A stretch of DNA of 64,000 bases. It comes from Mobula hypostoma (Eukaryota). The stretch is from NCBI RefSeq assembly GCF_963921235.1, contig NC_086097.1:207640001-207704000 (forward strand). The letters run 5' to 3'. Positions 37,960-48,399 of the stretch are shown piece by piece. The notes below the pieces were generated by a model. The model had not been told where the DNA came from, ran no database searches, and worked only from the letters and a program-made list of their open reading frames with translations. Numbering within the stretch: the stretch's first letter is position 1; the number at the start of each line of letters is the position of its first letter. Both the position numbers and the translations under genes were made by a program.

Positions 37960-39770
37960 TTTTACATCAATGGTGAGAAAACTATTGGAGAGGATTCTTA
38001 AAGACAGGATTTATAAACATTCAAAGAAGCTGTCCAATTAGGAATAATCAACATAGCTTTGTCAGGGGCAGGTCGTGCCTCACAAGCCTCATTGAGTTGT
38101 TTGAGGAAGTGACAAAACATTGTTGAAGGAAGAGCAGTAGATGTGGTGTATATAGATTTGAGAAGGCTCCCCATGGTAGGCTTATTCAGAACTGCACAAG
38201 GCATGGGATCCAGGGAAGTCTGGCTGCATTGATTCAGAATTAGCTGGCACACAGAAGGCAGAGGGTGGTAGTAGATAAAGTATGTAATGCTTGGACAGGT
38301 GTTCCACAAAGATCTTTTCTTGGATCCTGCTCTTTGTGATTTTTATAAATGACTTGGATGAAGAAGTGGAAGGGTAGGTTGGTAAGCTACAGTGTATAAA
38401 GGTTGGTGGATAGAGTAGAAGGTTGTCAGGTTTTACAAAGTGATATGGATTGGATGGAGAACTGGGCTGAGAAGTAGAAGATGGAGTTCAATCTGGAAAA
38501 GGGTAAAGTAACTCAAACTTGAAGTCTAAATACAGTGTTAGTGGCAGGATTCTTAACAGTATGGAAGAACAGAGAGATCTTGGGATTCCTGTGCACAGAT
38601 CCCTCAAACCTGCAGTGCATACTGATACGTGTGGTGTCATTCATTAGTTCAACAGCCACGAGGTAATGTTGGAGCTCTATAACTCTCTGGTTAGGCTACA
38701 CTTAGAGTATTGTGTTCTGTTCTAGGTGCCTCATTATAAATATGTGGAACCTTTAGAGATGGTGCAGAGGAGATTAGATTAGATTAGATTATGAGGACAC
38801 TCAGTCCTCGTTTATTGTCATTTAGAAATGCATGCATTAAGAAATGATACAATGTTCCTCCAGAGTGATATCACAACAAAAAGGACAAACCAAAGATTAA
38901 CACTGATAAGACCACATATTATAACATATAGTTACAGCAGTGCAAACAATACCATAATTTGATAAAAAGCAGACCATGGGCACGGTAAAAAAAAGTCTCA
39001 AAGTTCTGATTGACTCCCGATAGTCCCGATAGCAGGCAGCAAAAGGGAGAAACTCTTCCTGTCATAAACCTCCAGGCGCCGACAACTGTCGATGCATTGA
39101 AAGCACCCGACCACAGCCAAATCTGAGTCTGTCTGAAAACTTCGAGCCTCCGACCAGCCCTCTGACATCAAGCACCGAGCACCATCTCTCCTGAGCGCCT
39201 TGACCTCGTCCTGGCCACCGAGCAACAAGCAAAGCCGAGGAATCAGGGCCTTCCCCTCCAGAGATTCGGGATCACACAGCAACAGCGGCAGCGAAGAAGG
39301 CACTTCAGAAGTTTCTCCAGATGTTCCTCCGTGCTCTCACACCTGTCTCCATCGAATCAGGATTGTGCACAGCACCCTACTTGACAGATAACAGATATCA
39401 TTCACCGGAGTGGCCACTGCGTGCTGCGTCGCGCCACCATCTTCTCCTCCTCCCTGGATGTGCCAGGATGCTGCCTGAATTGGAGAGCGTGACTTATAAG
39501 GATAGGTTGAGTGAGCAAGGGCTTTTCTCTTTGGAGTGAAGAAGGATGAAAGGTGACTTGAGAGAGGTGTACATGATGATAAGAGGCATAGATAGAGTGG
39601 GAAGTCAGAGATCTTTTTCCCAGAGCAGAAATGACTAATATGAGGGGGTGTGATCTGGAGGTGATTGGAGGTTGGTATGGGGGGATGTCAGAAGTAGGTT
39701 TTTATACACAGAGAGTGGTGAATGCATAGAATGCCCGGTTAGTGATGGTGGTAGAGGCAGATACATTAGT
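37960..39770 (+). mobile_element. Decayed CR1 LINE interrupted by an insertion at 38771-39454
   Basis: SCLTSLIE.FEEVT, AVDVVY.D, LEYCV, VQRR / RMLPEL..RLSEQGLFSLE. Confidence 0.88.
38771..39454 (-). mobile_element. Young non-coding retroposon (GAAGATGGTGGCG start; AATAAA, hairpin and (AATCT)4 tail)
   Basis: Cleanly splits a CR1 motif; CpG-rich; hairpin GAGGAC/GTCCTC at 38793-38809; AGATT x4 at 38771-38790. Confidence 0.75.
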
Positions 39771-39831
39771 TTCTTCTCCTCTACCAACAAATTTCTGAAC
39801 AGCTAATAAACCAGAGTTGTACATATTTCTT

Positions 39832-39950
39832 AAGCAACACGCACAAAATGCTGGAGGAACTCAGCAGGCCAGGAAAAGAGTAAATAACTGATGTTTCGGG
39901 CCGAGACCTTTCATCAGGATTTCCAGTATCTGCAGATTTTCTTGTGTTTT
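39832..39950. mobile_element. Miniature Penelope-end element with a fold-back join
   Basis: Minus-strand 3' end with hammerhead core (39887-39920) fused directly to plus-strand GATTTCCAGTATCTGCAGATTTTCTTGTGTTT. Confidence 0.7.
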
Positions 39951-41369
39951 AATATATTCTTTATTGGAACTGATAGTCTATTTTATGTATTGCACTATAC
40001 TGCCGCCACAAAACAACAAATTTCACGGGATATGTCAGTGATAATAAATCAGAATCTAATTCTGATTCTGATCAGTCCCTCAAAGCACTTCATGATGCTA
40101 TATGTCAGAGTGGAGTTCTGGGGATTTGCAAACAAGATTATCTTATTTTATAATCAGATAAAAGAAGTCTTCCAAATGTCTCTGATTTTATGATATTGCA
40201 ATAGAGTGATGGATTGCATCTCAGTACAACATAGAAAATGTATTGTATGGTTTTTAATTCCTGAACTTGGCACTGCTGAAAAGGTTAGCATATACCTTTC
40301 AGTTTCTCATTATATAGCTCGACAAGAGTGAAATAGCAATCACATGCTCATTGCAATATTTGTCAAAGTAATATGACCTGCATTTGCTAGGGGTTTCAAA
40401 TGTCATTTTTAATTCATTTATCAAGTTATGAGTGCAGTGGAAAATATAAAAATAACCAAGTAATTCTTGCAAAAATGTGAGAAATGAGCAATTTACATGT
40501 TCCAATTGAGATTGATTTTCAACTCCAATTTTCAACTCTGGGTGCTTAAGTCTAACCACAATTAAATATTCTTTTATCGACAGCATGATCATTAAAATCC
40601 AAAGGTTAGGCATGAGGTATGTGGTGATTGGAGAAGCTCATACCTGTGGCTTTAATTGTGTTAATTAGGTTTGATGTTCTAGCAGCAGTTTTCCATCTGG
40701 GCAGCCAGTTTTTGTGCAAGGGAGGAGTTTCATGTTTGGCCTTTGATGTCCCAGCTGCTATTTTCCATGTGGAAGATGTGTTAGTACTTTGAATGAGGGA
40801 GGGGTGGAGGTTTGGGGTTTGTGAGTTTTGTTTCTTTTTCTTTATCACGCGGCAGGGGAATTGATGTGTTTTCTTTCAATAACTCACATGTTTTTTTCTG
40901 TATTTCATGGCTACCTGGAGAAGACAACTATCAGAGTTGTATTATACATGCATACTTTGACAATAACTGAACCTTTGAACCTTTTAGTGTATGCCAAGAT
41001 CTCGTACAGAAATCAGAACTTCTTGTCATCAAAACTTCATTGTCAAATGATAAAGCAAATGATTCAATGGTGTGGATGAGTATAAAATGAGATCACCATT
41101 ATATTTTGACTAACAAATATATTTTAAATTGGACTAGCTAAAATTTACCTAAAAATGAAAGATCCCTGTCCCTGACTGTATTGTTCAAGTACTTGCTGCA
41201 GAGAAATTCAATACCGAATAGGCCTAACACTTGAGAAATCTTTCCTTCAAAATATTTGCCATTGCAGAGGGCTTCAAACAAAGCAAAAAAAAAATGGTTT
41301 TGGGTTTTAGAGCTGATGAGCAGCTGGAGGAGTCACGGTTAGATTACTGGTTTTTCGACCTTCTTCAAA

Positions 41370-41521
41370 CCCTCCCCCACCTTCTTTCTTCAGTCCTAAC
41401 AAAGGGTTCTGGCCCGAAACGTGGACTCATCGTTTCCACTGATGCTGCCCGACCTGCTGAGTTTCTCCAGCATGTTGTGAGTGTTGCTTTGATCCCAGCA
41501 TCTGCAGATTATTTTGTGTTT
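41370..41521 (+). mobile_element. Short Penelope 3' end
   Basis: Near reverse complement of 3140-3270; decayed hammerhead 41391-41427. Confidence 0.85.
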
Positions 41522-41554
41522 AGGAGTCAAGGTTAGGTTCTTTGGAGAGGTAAC

Positions 41555-41780
41555 GACAAGACCATAAGACATAGGAGCAGAATTAGACCATTTGGCCCAT
41601 CGAGTCTGCTCCGCCATATCATCATGGCTGATCCATTTCCTTCTCAACCCCAATCTCCTGCCTTCTCCCCATATCCCTTCATTCCTTGACTAATCAAGAA
41701 TCTATCAACCCTTAAATATACCCAATGGCTTAGCTTCCACAGCTGGCTGTGGCAATGAATTCCACAGATTCACCATTCTA
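41555..41780 (-). mobile_element. CR1 3' tail (a similar tail lies at about 42153-42258)
   Basis: AAGACCATAAGACATAGGAGCAGAATTAG, as at 6509. Confidence 0.85.
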
Positions 41781-41839
41781 GGTATTTAGCAGGTACATAG
41801 GGAACAGACTATCAAAATAAACATGTACAGAGAATAAAA

Positions 41840-42010
41840 GGTTGCAGAGGGTTGTCATTTCAGGCACCTCCATCACAGGCACAACTCTCCACCCCCTTAC
41901 AGACATTTTTAAGTGGCAGTGCCTCAAGAAGGCAGCATCCATCATTAAGGACCCTCACCATCCAGGACATGATCTCTTCTCATTACCACCATTGTACAGG
42001 AGCCTAAACG
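41840..42010 (+). mobile_element. Rex1/Babar-like C-terminal fragment
   Basis: LQRVV..CLKKAASIIKDPHHPGH.LFSL. Confidence 0.8.
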
Positions 42011-44221
42011 AAGACCTACATTCAATTGTAATGCAGCCCGGTTTAATCTAAGTCATCCCTTTTTCCAAGAATCTTCAGTATGATGGTTGTACTACATCCT
42101 TTCCCAGAAATCAAAAGTCACATTCTAAAACTTTCCTGAGATACCATGGCAGCATAAGACAATAAGACATAGAAGTAGAATTAGGCCATTCAGTGCATTG
42201 AGTCTGTTCTGCCATTTCATCATGGCTGATTTATTAACCCTCTCAACCCTATTCTCATTTTGTCCATGGATATTAAATTAAGAAATGATAAGACCTTTAC
42301 TAACCAAATGGTTTGTCCAAAAAAGATTAATTTCTAAACTGTGCATCCATGAAGAACATTATCACTTAGATGAATTGAGCATGATCGTGGTAAAAGGTAA
42401 TATTGTATAGGTCAATGGCAGCATCCTTGATACATCATATGATTCCTCCCTCAAGTAGTCTATTATTCTACACTTCTGTGAAGACAATTCTGGACAAAAT
42501 ATATGAAAGGGGGCCTTAGTGTGGTTAATATTCACATTTAAGAATTCTGAAAATAATGCTCATGCTTCTCTAAAAAGGACCGACTACTCAGAATATTATT
42601 ATCTGGTTTTAAACTTTTGAATATTAGTGCTATGCTGGGCAAATCCAACAGCACAGAGATATTTGTCTCATAGCTAGAACCATTTGCTCTAATTGAGATC
42701 TTCCCTCTAATTACTTTGCATTCACCATATTAACAACCTATTCAAGAACTTTAACAGCGACAATACCAGTTAATTGTTCTAACACATTCGGCCAATTTAT
42801 AATATTCCAGCCAATAATAAGAAGGGTCTCAACCAGGAACATTTACTCAAGTATTTGCTAATGTCTAGCTCTATCAGTAAAGCAGGATTAGAACATTAAT
42901 TGCTGATAATTAAATTCTATTCAATTGTTCTTAATTTTGAAATTCCATCTTGTAATGCTTCTGAGAAATGAAAGAACTATTAAAACTTGAGTACTGTATT
43001 TACAAATTCTGCTGCAAGGGATATTGGCAAAACATATCATTGTCATCATAAGTGGCTGGTTGTGAACAGAAAAAATGACTGTAAACAAAAAAAAGCCTTT
43101 TTGGAGAAAAACAAAGTACAACAATCAAAAATAATGGTGAGATTAACAATAAAAATCCCATTGTGTTAACCAATTTGTTCAAAGTAAAATAAGCATATTT
43201 CCTTTTAAAAGATTGAAAACTTGATTGATGCTTTGTGACACATTTTTAGAATCTGGCTATTAAATTTATTTTGTTGTGTTACATACCTTGTGTTGTTGGT
43301 TATATTGCTTGCAGAGTTTTTCTGGAATTTTTATTTCCTGGTTAAATACTGAAACCATATTGCTTTAAAACTGCACACAGGATTCAGATCCGTATTGATG
43401 AAAGGTTAAAACATTAACACTGGTCCTCTCTCCGCAGATGCTGTCTGGACTGTTGGGTTACTCAGGCATTTTTGGTTTGCATTTCAGAATTCCTGCATTT
43501 AAATTTCGTATTTGCTTTTCTATAGTGCATACCTTTTTTTACAATTGTAAGTATATCCAGTTTTTTAGAAGTCTGTAATTCCACAGGTAAGTGGCTTCTT
43601 CTGATGTGTTGGTGAAAACATTAGTACACAGTATTTTACCCACATCATCTTGGAGTTCAACTTTTAACTTGGCAAATTGAAAATAAGTTCACTACCACAT
43701 CTATGTAAAGTGATGATTAATGCATTCACATTTGCACTTGAGTGATTTCTATTATTTATAGTAATGATTCTATAAATGTCTGGGGCTTTCTAGCACTTTA
43801 AAGTTTCTAAAGTTTACAGTAATTGGAGTGGCAGATGGTGCATTATACCATCAAGGCTTCTACTCAAGCTACCTCTCGGAAAACTTGTGTGCATTAGTGC
43901 ACATTCTCCCGGCATGACTGAGAGAGCAAGGAAGAATGAGAAGGAATATCTGAAACTGCAGAAGAGAAAACTGGGCTAGTAATGAATAAAACATAAAATA
44001 TATTACTGAAAAGAGAGAGGAAGAGAAAACACAATTACATTTAATGAGACATAGAAGAGAAACAGTTAATCTGAGTTTTTTTACATATATAATTGATGGT
44101 AGCAATGAGAGGAGGGCATGTCTTGGGTGATGGGATCATTAATGATACCTGCCGCCTTTTTGAGGCATTACCTTTTGAAGGTGTCCTGGATGCTGGGGGC
44201 ACAAGTAACCATGATGGAGTT

Positions 44222-45415
44222 GCAAACACGAGGAATTCTGCAGATGCTGGAAATTCAAGCAACACACATCAAAGTTGCTGGTGAACGCAGCAGGTCAGGC
44301 AGCATCTCTAGGAAGAGGTGCAGTGGACATTTCAGGCCGGGACCCTTCGTCAGGACGAACTGAAGGAAGAGTGAGTAAGAGATTTGAAAGTGGGAGGGGG
44401 AGGGGGAGATCCAAAATAATAGGAGAAGACAGGAGGGGGAGGGATGGAGCCAAGAGCTGGACAGGTGATTGGCAAAGGGGATATGAGAGGATCATGGGAC
44501 AGGAGGTCCGGGGAGAAGGAAAAAGTTGGGGGTGGGGAACCCAGAGGATGGGCAAAGGGTATAGTCAGAGGGACAGAGGGAGAAAAAGGAGAGTGCGAGA
44601 AAGAATGTGTGTATATAAATAACGGATGGGGTATGAGGGAGAAGTGGGGCATTAGCTGGTTAGAGAAGTCAGTGGTTATGCTATCAGTTTGGAGGCTACC
44701 CAGACGGAATATAAGGTGTTGTTCCTCCAACCTGAGTGTGGCTTCATCTTCACAGTAAAGGAGGCAGTGGACAGACATATCAGAATGGGAATGGGATGTG
44801 GAATTAAAATGTGTGGCCACTGGGAGATCCTGCTTTCTCTGGCGGACAGGGTGTAGGTGTTCAGCAAAACGATCTCCCAATCTGCGTCTGGTCTCGCCAA
44901 TATATAGAAGGCCACATCGGGAGCACCGGACGCAGTATATCACCCCAGCCGACTCACAGGTGAAGTGTCGCCTCACCTGGAACGACTGTCTGGGGCCCTG
45001 AATAGTGGTAAGGGAGGAAGTGTAAGGGCATGTGTAGCACTTGTTCCGCTTACACGGATAAGTGCCAGGAGGGAGATCAGTGGGGAGGGATTGGGGGGAC
45101 GAATGGACAAGGGAGTTGCGTAGGGAGCGATCCCTGCAGAAAGCAGAATGGGGGGAGGGAAAGATGTGTTTAGTGGTGGGGTCCCGTTGGAGGTGGCGGA
45201 AGTTACGGAGAATAATATGCTGGTGGGGTAGTAGGAGAGGACTAGGGGAACCCTATTCCTAGTGGGGTGGCGGGAGGATGGAGTGAGAGCAGATGTGCGT
45301 GAAATGGGGGAAATGCATTTGAGAGCAGAGTTGATGGTGGAGGAAGGGAAGCCCTTTTCTTTAAAAAAGGAGGACATCTCCCTCGTCCTGAATGAAAAGC
45401 CTCATCCTGAGAGCA
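44222..45415 (-). mobile_element. Penelope-like element, 5'-truncated (linker + GIY-YIG + UTR + hammerhead)
   Basis: FF.E.GFP, FTCES.GVIYCVRCSRCGLLYIGETRRRLGDRFAEH (ORFs 44350-44976, 44973-45377); close relative of 52910-54120. Confidence 0.95.
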
Positions 45416-47385
45416 CCAAGATCCTTTTCTGTAGTGAATACTGAAGCAAAGTATTCATTAAGTACCTCTGCTATCTCCTTTGGTTCCATACACACTTTTC
45501 CACTGTCACACTTGATTAGTAGCATTCTCTCACATCTTATCCTCTTTCTCTTCACATACTTGTAGAATGCCTTGGGGGTTTCTTTAATCCTGCTCTCCAA
45601 AGCCTTCTCATGGCCCCTTCTGGCTTTTCTAATTTCACTCTAAAGCTCCTTCATGCTAGCCTTATAATCTTCTAGATCTCTATCATTACCTAGTTTTTTG
45701 AACCTTTCGTAAGCTTTTCTTTTCTTTTTGACTAAATTTTCAACAGCCTTTGTACACCATGGTTCCTGTACCCTACCATCCTTTCCCTGTCTCATTGAAA
45801 TGTACCTATGCAGAATGCCACGCAAATATCCCCTGAACATTTGCCATATTTCTGCCTTACATTTCCCTGAGAACATCTGTTCCCAATTTATGCCTCCAAG
45901 TTCCTGCCTGATAGCTTCTTATTTCCCCTTACTCCAATTAACTAACTTGTCTGATCCTATAGTAAAGGAGATAGAACTGTGATCACTATCTCCAAAATGC
46001 TATCCCACTGAGCGGCCTGACACCTGACCAGGTTCATTTCTGAATACCAGATCAAGTACAGCCTCTCCTCTTGTAGGCTTATCTACATATTGTGTCAGGA
46101 AACCGTCCTGAACACGCCTAACAAACTCCACCCCATCTAAACCCCTTGCTCTAGGGAGATGCCAATCAATATTTGGGAAATTAAAATCTCCCACCACGAC
46201 AACACTGTTATTATTACACCTTTCCTGAATCTGTCTCCCTATCTGCTCCTCGATGTCACTGTTACTATTGGATGGTCTATAAAAAATAACCAGTAGCGTT
46301 ATTGACCCCTTCCTATTTCTAACTTCCACCCCCAGAGACTCAGTAGACAATGCTTCTTTTCTGCAGCCATGACACTATCTCTGATTAACAGTGCCACACC
46401 CCTACCTATTTTGCCTCCCTCCCTCTCCTTTCTGAAACATCTAAAGCCTGGCACTCTAAGTAACCAGTCCTGCCCCTGAGCCATCTAAGTCTCTGTAATG
46501 GCCACAACATCCGAGCTCCAATTACCGATCCACGCTCTAAGCTCATCTGCTTTGTTCATGATGTTTCTTGCATTAAAGTAGACACATCTCAATCCATCGG
46601 TCTGAGTGTATCCCTTCCCTATCACCTGCCTATCACCTGCACTGTCTCCGAGCTTTCTCTATTTGTGAGCCAACTGCCCCTTCCTCCGTCTCTTCAGTTC
46701 GGTTCCCACCCCCCAACAATTCTAGTTTAAACTCTCCCCAGTAGCCTTAGCAAACCTCCCTGCCAGGATATTGGTCCCCCTGGGATTCAAGTGCAATCCT
46801 TCCTTTTTGTACAGGTCACGCCTGTCCCAAAGGAGGTCCCAAAGATCCAGAAATCTGAATCCCTGCCCCCGCCCCAATCTCTCAGCCACGAATTTATCCT
46901 CCACCTCACTCTATTCCTATACTCACTGTCGCGTGGCACAGGCAGTAGTCCTGAGATTACTACCTTTGAGGTCCTGCTTCTCAACTTCCTTCCTAACTCC
47001 CTGTAGTGTGTTTTCAGGACCTCATCCTTTTTCCTACCTATGTCATTGGTATCAATATGTACCACGACCTCTGGCTGTTCACCTTCCCACTTCAGGATAT
47101 CGTGGACATGATCAGAAACATCCTGGACCCTGGCACCTGGGAGGCAAACTACCATCTGTGTTTCTTTCCTGCATCCATGGAATCACCTGTCTAACCCCCT
47201 AACTATAGAGTCCCCAGTCACTACTGCCATCCTCTTCCTTTCCCTACCTTTCTGAGCCATAGGGCCAGACTCTGTTCCAGAGGCATGGCCACTGTTGCTT
47301 CCCCCAGGTAGGCTGTCCCTCCCTAACAGTATTCAAACAGGAGTACTTATCGTTAAGGGGGACAGCCACAGGGGTACTCTGTGGT
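45416..47385 (-). mobile_element. CR1 LINE 5' half: ORF1 SGNH-esterase-like domain and ORF2 APE endonuclease; 3' half missing
   Basis: AVVTGDSIVRG (about 47195-47227), CLPGARV, VVHI.TNDI, GLHLNPRG; GRGVALLI, VGDFNFPNIDW, PTRGEAVLDLV. Confidence 0.93.
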
Positions 47386-47625
47386 ATCTCGTTTTATCTG
47401 TGAACTGGGACTTTCAGAAGCATTGCTGCTCTAAATTGACAAGAATTTTGCCCTTTAATCTGACAGCAAAGACTTGTCAATTAGGCTCAATGGGCAATTA
47501 CATCCTCAGATTAGAAAGGGGACCTAGTATAACTAATTTACAATAAACATGAGAAAGTCTTCAGATGCTGGAAATCCAAAGCAACACAAACAAAATGCTC
47601 GAGGAACTCAGCAGGTCAGGCAACA

Positions 47626-48213
47626 CCTGAACTGAGCTGCTGAGGCCTCCGTCAGTCAGAGTTGACAATGGATATTGTGACTTAGCTGTCTAGGTATGCA
47701 AGCCTGGGCAGTACGATATGGAGAGCCCATGTAGCAAGCTCCCCCTCTCCATGCATCTGATGAACCCAAAGGCACGGCAGGGACCGATACTGGTTTGGTA
47801 CCAGCAGCATCACAGAAGTTGCCAGTCAGCTTTGAACTCAATGTAGGACTGCCTGAGAGGCTCCACTTCCAGATTTTTCCCTCAGGATTTATTCCCAAAG
47901 CCTACCCCATGAGTGGGCATAGCCTCAAGGCAGTGAAAGTTTGAGATCAGAGCTTTTCTTTTCCTAGATGAGCTGCCAGCCAGGGCTGAGCAGTCTCATC
48001 TGCCCGAAGCGGCTGGTTTTAAAGCACCAGCAACCCACCCTTGCCCCTTCTCCTGCCAGTAGAAACGGTTCTGCCATGCTTAGTAGCTAAGCCACACATG
48101 AAGGCCAGGAGTTGGACTTGGTTGTCAGAGGCTATTTGAGGTGAACGCCATTGGGAGCATTTAATAGGTAGTGGAGTTTGTCCCCACCACCACCCCCAGC
48201 TATAATAACCTTA
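47626..48213 (-). mobile_element. ~590-bp non-autonomous element resembling an RTE-clade 5' UTR, flanked by an 8-bp TSD
   Basis: TSD AGGCAACA at 47618-47625 and 48214-48221; no credible ORF; the RTE-UTR resemblance is from recollection, not a search. Confidence 0.7.
48050..48202 (-). ncRNA. Candidate HDV-like self-cleaving ribozyme (decayed copy)
   Basis: P2 CUCCUG/CAGGAG, P3 GCC/GGC around loop UUCAUGUGU, J4/2 CUGG, candidate P1 UAGCUGG/UUAGCUA. Confidence 0.5.
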
Positions 48214-48399
48214 AGGCAACATCAATAGAAATGAATAAACAGTCGACATTTTGGGTCAAGACCCTTCTTCAGGACTCCTAATTCAACAAATGAGTTTTGC
48301 TGCTTCCTGAACCCATCCTGGAGCTGCACCCATTAGCTTATTTTCATTTATTAGCGCATATCAGTGCCTTATATACTCAAAGTTTAAAGTTCAAAGTAC

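Larger units (their letters stand above)
47545..48277 (-). mobile_element. Short Penelope 3' end split by an insertion (pieces 47545-47625 and 48214-48277)
   Basis: CAGATGCTGGAAAT..GGAACTCAGCAGGTCAGGCAACA continues as AGGCAACATC..CAGTCGAC..ACCCTTCTTCAGGACT. Confidence 0.85.

Noticed and set aside
43873..43960. Minus-strand polypyrimidine acceptors and a small exon candidate
   Set aside because: Weak donor (GTAGCT) and no recognisable peptide.
47755..47790. CTGATGA resembling a hammerhead core
   Set aside because: No stem II followed by GAAA and no closing stem I.
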